IMG/VR virus record: IMGVR_UViG_3300030419_006978
Span: 1 to 56,597 of that record
Length of the DNA stretch: 56,597 nucleotides
Direction: 5' to 3' (one strand)
DNA from: a virus
Lineage: Duplodnaviria; Caudoviricetes
Made by a program: the position numbers and the translations under genes. Under the pieces are notes generated by a model. The model worked only from the letters and a program-made list of their open reading frames with translations, ran no database searches and had not been told where the DNA came from. Below, piece by piece: positions 26,809 through 34,855 of the stretch. Positions within the stretch are counted from its first letter, which is position 1, and each line of letters starts with the position of its first letter.

Positions 26809-27781
26809 TTTCTGTTTTGCTCTCGACCACGATTCTTTTCATTGTTGAAAATAAATCACTAAAATTAAGCTCAACGAAGCCATCCTCTAAGGTCATAGCC
26901 CTGAAGCCGGTAAGATTAAGCTCTGGTGTGAAGTTTTCTATAGCATATTTAATCTTGCCCTTGCCCTGCACAGAGATACTGGGTACGTACAGTTGCATCA
27001 TCTTATAATTTTCATGAATTAGTTTTTCATTTTCTATGATGGCGTCGTGCACCTTGAGTCGATTGTCAACATTTTCACAGCGACTTAATATTTCCGTTAA
27101 AGTCCACGGGATTGCTTCCGATAAGAAAGAAAAGCGCTTAGCGACCGTAGCCAAGCCGACGCCCGGAACTCCTGGCAAATTGTCAGATACGTCTCCAACA
27201 ATCGCTCTCGCTAGAGCAAAGTTTACCGGGTGTATGTTAAACTTCTCCACGATAGTGTTCGTATTCATCACCTCTTTTTGAATGGGGCGAAATACCACAG
27301 TCTCATCATCGCACAATTGGAAAAAATCCTTGTCACTGGATACGATTACCTTCTGCCAGCCATCATATTTGGGACTCTGAACCACTTGAGCTATAATATC
27401 ATCCGCTTCAACCGAAGGGAGCATGAGTTGTATTACCGCGAGATTATTAAGGTATTCAAACAATCTAGTCTGTTGCCATACCTTATTTTCCATTTCCTCA
27501 TTTTCAGTAAGATTTCTAATGTCCCTATTCAAGCGAATGGGCTTTCTACCCGCCTTATAGTTCTTGTTTGTAGACTTTCTCTTTCTGGAGCCGCCTTCGC
27601 CATCCCAACAAATTACAACCTCGTCTGGTCGCGTTTCGCGGCATAGTTTTTGAAGGATCTTCAAAAAGCCAACAGTGCCGCCAATTGGCTGACCATTTGT
27701 CGACAGAGTGGGATTAACAATATATGCTCTAAAATACATATTTAAAGCATCAACCACTAATAGTCTCTTAGCGTCTCCCAT
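26804..27781 (-). CDS. Stand-alone 5'-3' exonuclease/flap endonuclease (PolI N-terminal domain, T4 RNase H-like)
   Basis: LLVVD, CWD, YKAGR, EADD, SSDKDF.QL, GDVSDNLPGVPGVG. Confidence 0.93.
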   Translation of the reverse strand: MGDAKRLLVVDALNMYFRAYIVNPTLSTNGQPIGGTVGFLKILQKLCRETRPDEVVICWDGEGGSRKRKSTNKNYKAGRKPIRLNRDIRNLTENEEMENKVWQQTRLFEYLNNLAVIQLMLPSVEADDIIAQVVQSPKYDGWQKVIVSSDKDFFQLCDDETVVFRPIQKEVMNTNTIVEKFNIHPVNFALARAIVGDVSDNLPGVPGVGLATVAKRFSFLSEAIPWTLTEILSRCENVDNRLKVHDAIIENEKLIHENYKMMQLYVPSISVQGKGKIKYAIENFTPELNLTGFRAMTLEDGFVELNFSDLFSTMKRIVVESKTEN

Positions 27782-27950
27782 GTAATAATCCCAATTCTTC
27801 CCTCCTGCACGCTGTTGCATATTTCACCCCACGCCACGCAACAATGTACAAGAATTCTTCGCCAATCTTCATTGTCGACATGATAACTCCAGTCTTGCCT
27901 GTTCGGCTGGCAACCTTATCACCAATTTGTAGATTCGTCGTCGTATTCAT
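27768..27950 (-). CDS. 60-aa KOW/SH3-like protein
   Basis: LQIGDKV...GKTGVI...YIVAW pattern; overlaps the next gene. Confidence 0.55.
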   Translation of the reverse strand: MNTTTNLQIGDKVASRTGKTGVIMSTMKIGEEFLYIVAWRGVKYATACRREELGLLHGRR

Positions 27951-28046
27951 TGTATTTCTTATTGGCTAGCCAGACCGATCCGGCAAAACAAAAAAGGTAA
28001 AAAATATAAAACGCCCCCAGGAGACCGAGAAAAAATAAAACAACGC

Positions 28047-28496
28047 TCATTGCCGATTAACCGCAGCAAGAATTGCATCCAATGCTGCTGGATCGTTCAT
28101 TCTGTGGTCTTCCCCCGTTGATACAAGTTCTGCCCCGCTAGCATTCGTAAGAGACGTACTATCACTGAACGGGATAATATTGTCTCTCTCTGAGTGTATT
28201 ACAATTGAATTTTGGGGCACCACATCGACATCGCCATACCTGCTCCAAGCAGGCGCCACCAAAACCAAGCGTGCCTGGGGGTTGACAAGGTTCATTGCCA
28301 GGGCACCCCCACGGCTCGACCCCACAATCACTTCTGGCTTATATTTGTCGACATATGCCTGTGCAATGGTCAGCGCTTCGTCAAATTCAACACCGCCGAG
28401 GCTGGGCTCAACGACATTGTGACCAGCGTCTTTAAGGGAAGTGGGCTTAGCCCCACCAACTGTGGACTCTAGTCCGTGCAAAAAAAGTACTCTCAT
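28047..28496 (-). CDS. Alpha/beta hydrolase (YqiA/YcfP-like esterase)
   Basis: FLHG, GSSRGG nucleophile elbow, HSERD, DH. Confidence 0.88.
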   Translation of the reverse strand: MRVLFLHGLESTVGGAKPTSLKDAGHNVVEPSLGGVEFDEALTIAQAYVDKYKPEVIVGSSRGGALAMNLVNPQARLVLVAPAWSRYGDVDVVPQNSIVIHSERDNIIPFSDSTSLTNASGAELVSTGEDHRMNDPAALDAILAAVNRQ

Positions 28497-28900
28497 CGTC
28501 TCTCCTGTAGATTAATTGATTCTATTTTATCATCACTGGTGGTATAAACCACCCTTTTCACCCCAACGTGGGAAAGCGCTGCCTCGCACATAGAGCAAGG
28601 CTTACTCATCCTCGCTTCCCCGCGCCTATTCACGCGTGCAACATATACCGTAGAGCCATTAGTTATTGACCGGTCTTTACCCAAAATACAGCCCAACTCA
28701 GCATGCAACGTAGCGTGCCCGCGATCTCTTTTCCGAAATCGGCTGCCGAAAGAGCAAAAGCGCTCCTCGTTGCGTGCGGTGCTGCGAACGCTGCTTCCTT
28801 TGACGAGAACAGCGCCGTGTTGAAATTTGCCACTTTCTGCATTTTTTGCTATGTCTATAGCCAAGTTTATATAACCTTGTGCTCTCTTCGATACGCCCAT
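28493..28900 (-). CDS. Cytidine/deoxycytidylate deaminase family protein
   Basis: HAE...PCSMC zinc motif, HGAVLV, VKRVVY. Confidence 0.9.
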   Translation of the reverse strand: MGVSKRAQGYINLAIDIAKNAESGKFQHGAVLVKGSSVRSTARNEERFCSFGSRFRKRDRGHATLHAELGCILGKDRSITNGSTVYVARVNRRGEARMSKPCSMCEAALSHVGVKRVVYTTSDDKIESINLQERR

Positions 28901-28904
28901 ATAA

Positions 28905-28942
28905 AAGCCCCTACTCAGCTTATTATAGTTGAGTAGGGGCTT
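28905..28942. repeat. 16-bp inverted repeat, probable terminator, overlapping a promoter
   Basis: AAGCCCCTACTCAGCT-tattat-AGTTGAGTAGGGGCTT with one mismatch; T run at the minus-strand 3' end. Confidence 0.85.
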
Positions 28943-28950
28943 AATGTCAA
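28922..28950 (-). promoter_or_regulatory. sigma70-type promoter for the deaminase operon
   Basis: TTGACA-N17-TATAAT. Confidence 0.85.
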
Positions 28951-28963
28951 GAAATAAAACGAA

Positions 28964-29284
28964 TCAACGATGCCTTCGAATATGCCGGTAGTAGCGCGAA
29001 TTTGCCCTGTGGGTTCTCACACGCGCTCGGGTTCTATGTGAGTGATAAGCGTGTGAGTGATCGCTGTAGTGGGGTCTCCAGCCCGAGGACCATGGTCCTG
29101 GCGGGTGAAAATGCCCATGCGTGCCTCTACATACCACGGTGACTGGAATGGCATTAACATAGATCACATGTAAATGGTATGGAGTCGCTCTGTGAGTGTG
29201 CGCAACGTTTTCATGCGCGTCAGCGAGTGTCGGAGAGAACAAAAATAGCGCTGCAGCAGCAGCAAAAACAGCAATTGGCTTCAT
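28964..29284 (-). CDS. Secreted His/Arg-rich small protein
   Basis: Signal-peptide-like MKPIAVFAAAAALFLFSPTLADA; His-rich mature part; AAAGGAAG RBS. Confidence 0.7.
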   Translation of the reverse strand: MKPIAVFAAAAALFLFSPTLADAHENVAHTHRATPYHLHVIYVNAIPVTVVCRGTHGHFHPPGPWSSGWRPHYSDHSHAYHSHRTRARVRTHRANSRYYRHIRRHR

Positions 29285-29305
29285 GTTACTTCCTTTCATA
29301 TATAA

Positions 29306-30448
29306 TTATAACGTAGTTGAAGAATTTTGTTTAACTTCTTCTTCATCAATTTGGTAAAAATCTGAAGCTTCGCCTTCACGGTTTTTAAACTTCATAATCA
29401 CCTCTTGATCCATAATGTAAAGTATTCTATTTTTAAACTTTTCATCCTGTAGATAATCAATCCAGCGAGAAGGCTGAAACTTCTGTTCCGTGCCGTCTTC
29501 AAAGTGCAGCGTGTACCATGCACCCGACTGAGTTAGATTGTCCGACGCCTTAACTGCATCAAACCAGCTTAACTCGTCTTGAATGCCAATCTCTTCTCCC
29601 CAGAGGATTTTAAAAGTGCACTGCCGACCCGCCGTACCAAAGCGACTCTTCTTGAGCGTTGCCTTGACTTCTGAGCCAATGCGAAAGCCCTTATCGTCCG
29701 TAATGAAGCTCGCCTTTGCCTTTCGACCGGTCAGCCAGATTCGAAGGGAGTATGCATAGATCATCGCCTTGCCCCCGGGGGTCATGTAAGGCTCTACAAG
29801 CGCCTCTGAGGGGCTTCTGGTGATGTTAGTCTTAAGTTGGTTGAGCACAAGGAAGGTGCTCTTAGAATTGGCTATAGGAACTGTCAGCTTGGACATGCCC
29901 TTTGCCAAAATCCTCGCCTTCACTGCCATTGAAGACAATGGGTTGAAGTCACCCTCAACGTCCGAGATCGCTGGTGTCAAGGCTAACGAATCCCAAATAA
30001 ACAACATTTGATTTTCATTGGATCCCAGCAGATCCTCGATTGTCTCCAAGACAAATTCCACGGAAGCAGCCTGAATGTAAAGCATCTTTGAAATGTCGCA
30101 ACCTGCTCTCTCCAAAAAAGCCGGATCAATTGCAGACTCGGAATCAAAGTAGATTACATCAATCCCCATCTTCTGAGCATTTGCCGCCACCTGTGCTGCC
30201 ATATAAGATTTGCCAGAAGCTTCCAATCCGGCAATTTCAACGATTTTGCCCACAGGAATTCCCGCCAGCTGTCCGCGACATATAATCGAGTCCAGCCAGC
30301 GGGAGCCTGTTGGGATCCAATCTCTAACTTCAGTGGGATTATCTTCTTTTAAGTTGTGTGCGACCTCGATGCCAGCCTTCTTATTAATAAGCTGGCGCAT
30401 TTGATCGATTGACAGTTTTCCTGCCTTTGCTTTTTTAGTTCTAGCCAT
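29306..30448 (-). CDS. recA: RecA/UvsX recombinase
   Basis: IPTGS..LD, GLEASGKS, DSE, IWDS, LNQ, TPGGKA. Confidence 0.95.
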   Translation of the reverse strand: MARTKKAKAGKLSIDQMRQLINKKAGIEVAHNLKEDNPTEVRDWIPTGSRWLDSIICRGQLAGIPVGKIVEIAGLEASGKSYMAAQVAANAQKMGIDVIYFDSESAIDPAFLERAGCDISKMLYIQAASVEFVLETIEDLLGSNENQMLFIWDSLALTPAISDVEGDFNPLSSMAVKARILAKGMSKLTVPIANSKSTFLVLNQLKTNITRSPSEALVEPYMTPGGKAMIYAYSLRIWLTGRKAKASFITDDKGFRIGSEVKATLKKSRFGTAGRQCTFKILWGEEIGIQDELSWFDAVKASDNLTQSGAWYTLHFEDGTEQKFQPSRWIDYLQDEKFKNRILYIMDQEVIMKFKNREGEASDFYQIDEEEVKQNSSTTL

Positions 30449-30472
30449 GATATCCCTCGATTAAAGATTTTT

Positions 30473-30508
30473 GAGACACCTGATAACCCTGTGCCTCCCT
30501 GTGGGTCA
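30473..30508 (-). ncRNA. Candidate cis-regulatory H-type pseudoknot in the ssb-recA spacer
   Basis: UGACCC/GGGUUA and GAGGCAC/GUGUCUC form interleaved stems. Confidence 0.5.
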
Positions 30509-30531
30509 AGAGTGGGAAATGTATGAGTTTA

Positions 30532-31278
30532 TTAACCACCCGTCAACTGATTGAATGCATCGTCAACAGAAGAAGTATCATTATACTTCGTTGTTTCAGA
30601 CGAACTATCTTCAGCCGCAGCGTCAGTCGTCAAATATTCATCAAGAATATTCTCAACGTCTGAGGTTGACTTCCTCTCAAACAATGTATCAAAGTCCGGA
30701 ATCGAATCCAGAAGCTCACGACATTGGTCTTCGGTCATTCCTTCGCACAAAGTCGAAGAGCGTCGACGAGGCGTAAGCTTTGTCTGTGGGAAAGTCGCTC
30801 CAGGCGGCTTGCCATAGGCAAGATTTAGATCCGTACCAGCCTCAAGGTCAGTAATGTCCCCATACTCGGGATTTAGCACGAGTTGCAGAAGCGTCTCGTA
30901 TGCAGTCCTCCCATACCCCCAGATTCGAACACCAGACTCCTCTTCACCACGTACCATGACGGGGCTAAAAAAGCGCTGACGCGAGAAGAGGGACTTAGCC
31001 ATCTTCACACTATCTGCGGTTCCCTCTTGATAAAGCTTAAAAGCAAAATCACAAACGGGACAGTTGTCGCCAAAATTCTTCTTAGGACATAAGAATCCTG
31101 GGTTGTTACCTACGTTGTAATGAAAATAGAACTCCTTAAATGGGTCCTCATCCTCAGTAGGAACGATTCGGATGACCTGTTCGCCATCCTGCGGGCGCCA
31201 GAAAACCGAAGAACTACCTCCACCTCGGTTCTGCGCTGCAGCGAGCTTAGCTCGCATCTTCTTCAAATTAATAGCCAT
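30532..31278 (-). CDS. T4 gp32-like single-stranded DNA-binding protein
   Basis: FWRP, IRIVP, H...CP...CPVC zinc site, DITD..G.DL, acidic tail ending VDDAFNQL. Confidence 0.88.
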   Translation of the reverse strand: MAINLKKMRAKLAAAQNRGGGSSSVFWRPQDGEQVIRIVPTEDEDPFKEFYFHYNVGNNPGFLCPKKNFGDNCPVCDFAFKLYQEGTADSVKMAKSLFSRQRFFSPVMVRGEEESGVRIWGYGRTAYETLLQLVLNPEYGDITDLEAGTDLNLAYGKPPGATFPQTKLTPRRRSSTLCEGMTEDQCRELLDSIPDFDTLFERKSTSDVENILDEYLTTDAAAEDSSSETTKYNDTSSVDDAFNQLTGG

Positions 31279-31340
31279 TATTTCCTCCTATTTATATTGG
31301 GTGGCTACCCTATAGTATGTTCAGCAAATTTCCTGAACAT

Positions 31341-32192
31341 CTAGCTCTTATTATAATCCTTTTTCTCGGGAATGTCAAGCTGAACTTTGCTAGAATACGA
31401 AATTATATATCCGTAATTTTTATCATACTGAGTCTTGTAAACTCCATACGAAGACCTAACTGTGTTCTCTCTAACTTTTTCCTTGATTCTCCCAAAAAGC
31501 TTTCCATCTGTTTTTAGCGTCTCTTCATTGATACCGTAATAATACCTCTTTTCCCGTGATAGGTCAAGAGGAAAAAACATTTTTTCTACACCAGTGCCCG
31601 GATCAAAGACGCCAATCGTCAAAACCCTTGCTGACGGCACTGGTAATGAAAATGTGTGTGACACAGGCTCGATGTTTGTGAACACGTTGAGCATGTGAAG
31701 TGTTGAGACAACCAAATCGTTCAATTTGATGTGATAATCAACTAGGGGCACTTCTCCCAAAATCTCTTCTAAGCTCTGATTGGACACTAGGTATATTTTT
31801 TCAAAAACTCCGGATCTGGCATATTCTTGCAGAATACCAAACACAACGCGCTCTTGCTGCCTTCTCGTTTCGCTCAAAAGTCCCGAATCGGGTCTAATGT
31901 ATAAAATATTAATTTTGCAGTGCCTAAGCTGGTGCAGTATCCGAAGGGCAGCGCCCGATATTGTACCGGAACCACCCAAAGCAAACAGGACGCTTCCAGA
32001 CACGTCCTTAAAGAAGCCTGTCAAGTCTGGACAGTTCTTTTCGTAGCTCTCGTGGTTAGGCTGCTTCGGTAGGTTATAGCAATTCTCACCGGACAGCCCT
32101 GTGTCGATTTTATACGTTCTGTACTGGCTGTACATAGCAAATCCGTCCGCGACGTTGCACCCCGCCGCACCAAGCCCAACAACGGTATCCAT
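31341..32192 (-). CDS. Tubulin/FtsZ-superfamily GTPase, divergent
   Basis: VVGLGAAGCNVAD (T1), IDT (T2), LGGSGTISG (variant of GGGTGSG), LVSN, YHIKLN. Confidence 0.8.
   Translation of the reverse strand: MDTVVGLGAAGCNVADGFAMYSQYRTYKIDTGLSGENCYNLPKQPNHESYEKNCPDLTGFFKDVSGSVLFALGGSGTISGAALRILHQLRHCKINILYIRPDSGLLSETRRQQERVVFGILQEYARSGVFEKIYLVSNQSLEEILGEVPLVDYHIKLNDLVVSTLHMLNVFTNIEPVSHTFSLPVPSARVLTIGVFDPGTGVEKMFFPLDLSREKRYYYGINEETLKTDGKLFGRIKEKVRENTVRSSYGVYKTQYDKNYGYIISYSSKVQLDIPEKKDYNKS
31350..31378 (-). promoter_or_regulatory. sigma70-type promoter for ssb-recA, inside the end of the tubulin gene
   Basis: TTGACA-N17-TATAAT. Confidence 0.85.
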
Positions 32193-32494
32193 TACTCCCC
32201 AACTACCTCCAAAATTATACGCCCCTCAAAGCCGCCCTTCGTCACCCTTTTAGCAATCTGCTCAGCCTTGAATCCGTGCAGCTTATAACACCTCTGAATC
32301 TGGTCTAGCACCTCATACACGTCTGCCAACTCTTCTGGGCACGGGTCTTCTATTAATTCTTCAACTTCTTCTCTTAGCTTGTCTTTAAGCCTTTCCAGAT
32401 ACTCCTCTTCCTCCGCTATTCGATATACGCACCTCTTTCCAGAGTTTTTGATAATCTCCGGTATCCTGTCTCTTACTAGCTTGTGGTATTCCAT
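32192..32494 (-). CDS. MazG-like all-alpha NTP pyrophosphohydrolase
   Basis: KLVRDRIPEII, KLREEVEE, EELADVYEVL, KR..KGGF. Confidence 0.88.
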   Translation of the reverse strand: MEYHKLVRDRIPEIIKNSGKRCVYRIAEEEEYLERLKDKLREEVEELIEDPCPEELADVYEVLDQIQRCYKLHGFKAEQIAKRVTKGGFEGRIILEVVGE

Positions 32495-33675
32495 TTAAAC
32501 TCCCTCATTTCACCAAAATTCTTGCCCATCTTTGCAGTGGCCAAAAAATCTCCAAATTTTGTCCGCGAAAAATTTTTGCAAATCGAAGATATTAGGGCCC
32601 GATCCTCTACAGAGAAATCAAGTACTAGACTATCATGAATCATGAAAGAAATGAAGCTCTTTTTGCCCCTTAATAGCCTATTGACCTCTATTGCCTGCCT
32701 TAAGAAGATATCACTAGCGGTCGACTGAACAAGATAGTTCACTGCATGGAATTCATCTGATTCAATCAATCTCCCGAAAGGATTCACGATGTGGCTTCCA
32801 TTCCAGTACTTCTTTTTGATAAGCTCCCTGTTGTATGTCATGTCAGCTAGATGGTCACGAGAACTCTGGTTATAGAGCCATGCAAATATTCTTTTCTTTG
32901 CCAACTCCCGAGTGCCGATTCCCCTGTAGACGTTCTCCAAATTCCACTCATGTATATCTTGCTGTGGCTGGTCTGCACCAAGCAGTGCCAACAAGGTCCG
33001 GAGTTCGGCAGCGTTAAAATCTAGCTCAACAAAGCAGTCATTTTTGGGCTGTATAACCTTTCGGAACTCCTTCTCCATAGTGAGTATCGGAAAACTGTTC
33101 TTCTCCGTGGTCAACCGACCGGTCTTGGTCCCGAAGACGTTGTACCTGCACGAATGCTGAACCTTGTTCAGCTTCTGTGCGAACTGTCTTACTTTAAACT
33201 CTGCCATCCTGCCCTTGAGAGCCGATGTGTTTATCTCTAGACGATTTTCCTTGATCTGCTCCGTAAGCTTGATTAGTTCTATCAAAAAATCATAATTCTG
33301 CGGTCTGGCATAGTTCGCAAAAACATGCTGAGAAATTTTATTTTTTAGATTGCAAAACTCTAGAAGGAATCGCTGTGGAACGAGATCAAAAAAGCAGTTA
33401 TCTTGTAAAGAGACTCTAGCCTCCTTAAACGACCTGACAAACGCCTTGAGCTTCTTGTTGATCTCAGCCCATTCTTCTCTCAGGTTTTCGGGACATACCT
33501 CCTCCAGTGATCTGCCGCCGCAGTAGAGCTTGGCATATTCAACCTCACGGTCAGCGAGGTGGGGTGCGTAGTTCCAGGTTTTACTCGCCCCGTCTGGAAG
33601 CTTGTCGAACACAAGCTCTCCATCCAAAAAGTAGCCCACGCACTCTTTTTTATCATCTAATGTTTGAAATAACAC
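32476..33675 (-). CDS. Minimal family A DNA polymerase domain
   Basis: TKTGRL, motif A DFNAAELR, motif B RELAKKRIFAWLY, NYLVQSTASD, motif C IHDS. Confidence 0.85.
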   Translation of the reverse strand: MLFQTLDDKKECVGYFLDGELVFDKLPDGASKTWNYAPHLADREVEYAKLYCGGRSLEEVCPENLREEWAEINKKLKAFVRSFKEARVSLQDNCFFDLVPQRFLLEFCNLKNKISQHVFANYARPQNYDFLIELIKLTEQIKENRLEINTSALKGRMAEFKVRQFAQKLNKVQHSCRYNVFGTKTGRLTTEKNSFPILTMEKEFRKVIQPKNDCFVELDFNAAELRTLLALLGADQPQQDIHEWNLENVYRGIGTRELAKKRIFAWLYNQSSRDHLADMTYNRELIKKKYWNGSHIVNPFGRLIESDEFHAVNYLVQSTASDIFLRQAIEVNRLLRGKKSFISFMIHDSLVLDFSVEDRALISSICKNFSRTKFGDFLATAKMGKNFGEMREFKWNTTS

Positions 33676-34844
33676 TATTCAGTTGTTTCTGGCTCTCTAA
33701 ACGTATCCGGGTAGTAGTACCCTTTTGTCTTATGATTAATATAATCTACTGCGCGTCGATAGTCAAGGTGTTTATACATATTTCGTACTTTTTTTACCTC
33801 ACGAGTGATAGTATACTCATCCCACTTGAGCCCCATCTCTTTAATCCTGATCCGGTAGTAAGCACCAATCCAAAATGCCATATCATAGTCTTTCTTGTAC
33901 TTCTCCAGCGTGGGAACTTCACGGAGCGAGACATGTGACTTGGTTAAGCCACCCTCAACGCTTAGTGTTTTAAGGTTTGGGTTGGCACCCGCAAATGCTA
34001 GGTAATAATTGTATGTGTAAAGGATCAGCTTCACAATATCATTTACGTGGGTCAAATAAAAATAATTATCAAAAAAATTAAGCTCATCAACGCCCCTTTT
34101 CTTCAACCTTTGCAAATTCGAAGAAGAAAAGATATCAGACACTAGTCGCCATGGGGCATTTTTGTCGACCATGAAGCCATGCATACGAGCGGCTTGCCGA
34201 TAAGCTTTAAAGTTTGGATCCTGGATCCATTTTGTGTATTTTTCCCTATCTGTTCCGTGCTTAAATTTATCGCTCAACTCTATCATCATCCCGCTCGTCA
34301 TCGGGCTGCACCTTTGAGAGGTTACGAACCCGGTTTGCGTTATAGGGTACTTTTGGGCAGTCCTTTCAACTTCGTCAAGAAGAATCTTCAAAAACGAGTC
34401 CACGGAGACTATTTTATCACGCCTGTTACGAAATATAGCAGATGCTATCGACCTATACATGCCCCTCATGTATTCATGATACTGCACTTCAGCATCCCTC
34501 CATGCTACGGTCGGTTTTATCTCATAAATAATTGTATCTTTGCTTAACCGACCTGAAGCCATCTGCTTCGTGTAATATACTCTGAACGACTTGAACGCGT
34601 CTGCCACGAAGTCCAGCACATGCAGTGTTTTATCGCTGTCTGGAATTTTAATTTGCTTAAGCTTTTCCTCATTTATTATGATGCCATCTTGGGCGCGATT
34701 GACCTTCCCATATAAGTTTTTATCATACCACATGTCTGTCGCGTTGGGACCAGACGTGGGATAGGCTGTAGCTCTGTAATAATTCCTCTGATAAAACATC
34801 GCTCCTGCAGTGAGCTTGTTTTCTCCTCGTGGAATTTTTGCCAT
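33675..34844 (-). CDS. Hypothetical protein at the end of the tail/baseplate operon
   Basis: 389-aa ORF with GAGG RBS. Confidence 0.75.
   Translation of the reverse strand: MAKIPRGENKLTAGAMFYQRNYYRATAYPTSGPNATDMWYDKNLYGKVNRAQDGIIINEEKLKQIKIPDSDKTLHVLDFVADAFKSFRVYYTKQMASGRLSKDTIIYEIKPTVAWRDAEVQYHEYMRGMYRSIASAIFRNRRDKIVSVDSFLKILLDEVERTAQKYPITQTGFVTSQRCSPMTSGMMIELSDKFKHGTDREKYTKWIQDPNFKAYRQAARMHGFMVDKNAPWRLVSDIFSSSNLQRLKKRGVDELNFFDNYFYLTHVNDIVKLILYTYNYYLAFAGANPNLKTLSVEGGLTKSHVSLREVPTLEKYKKDYDMAFWIGAYYRIRIKEMGLKWDEYTITREVKKVRNMYKHLDYRRAVDYINHKTKGYYYPDTFREPETTE
33738..33766 (-). promoter_or_regulatory. sigma70-type promoter for the PolA-MazG-tubulin operon
   Basis: TTGACT-N17-TATATT, inside the end of the upstream gene. 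Confidence 0.6.
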
Positions 34845-34855
34845 TATAAAACCCT

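Noticed and set aside
15220-30448. Inteins or introns in dnaE, nrdJ, helicase or recA
   Set aside because: Lengths are normal and no splice-junction or LAGLIDADG motifs are visible.
1255-30448. Bacterial chromosome or prophage-host junction suggested by groEL, dnaE, purA, clpP and recA
   Set aside because: These genes are interleaved with phage genes and late motifs on one strand, lack bacterial operon context, and no integrase or att site is seen.
31289-31296. T4 late promoter TATAAATA before ssb
   Set aside because: It abuts the SD in an A-rich leader, and structural genes use ACTAnTTA instead.
31341-32192. Nucleus-forming phiKZ-like phage
   Set aside because: Structural genes are T4-like and promoters are host sigma70-type; no chimallin or phage RNA polymerase is recognisable here, though the rest of the genome is unseen.
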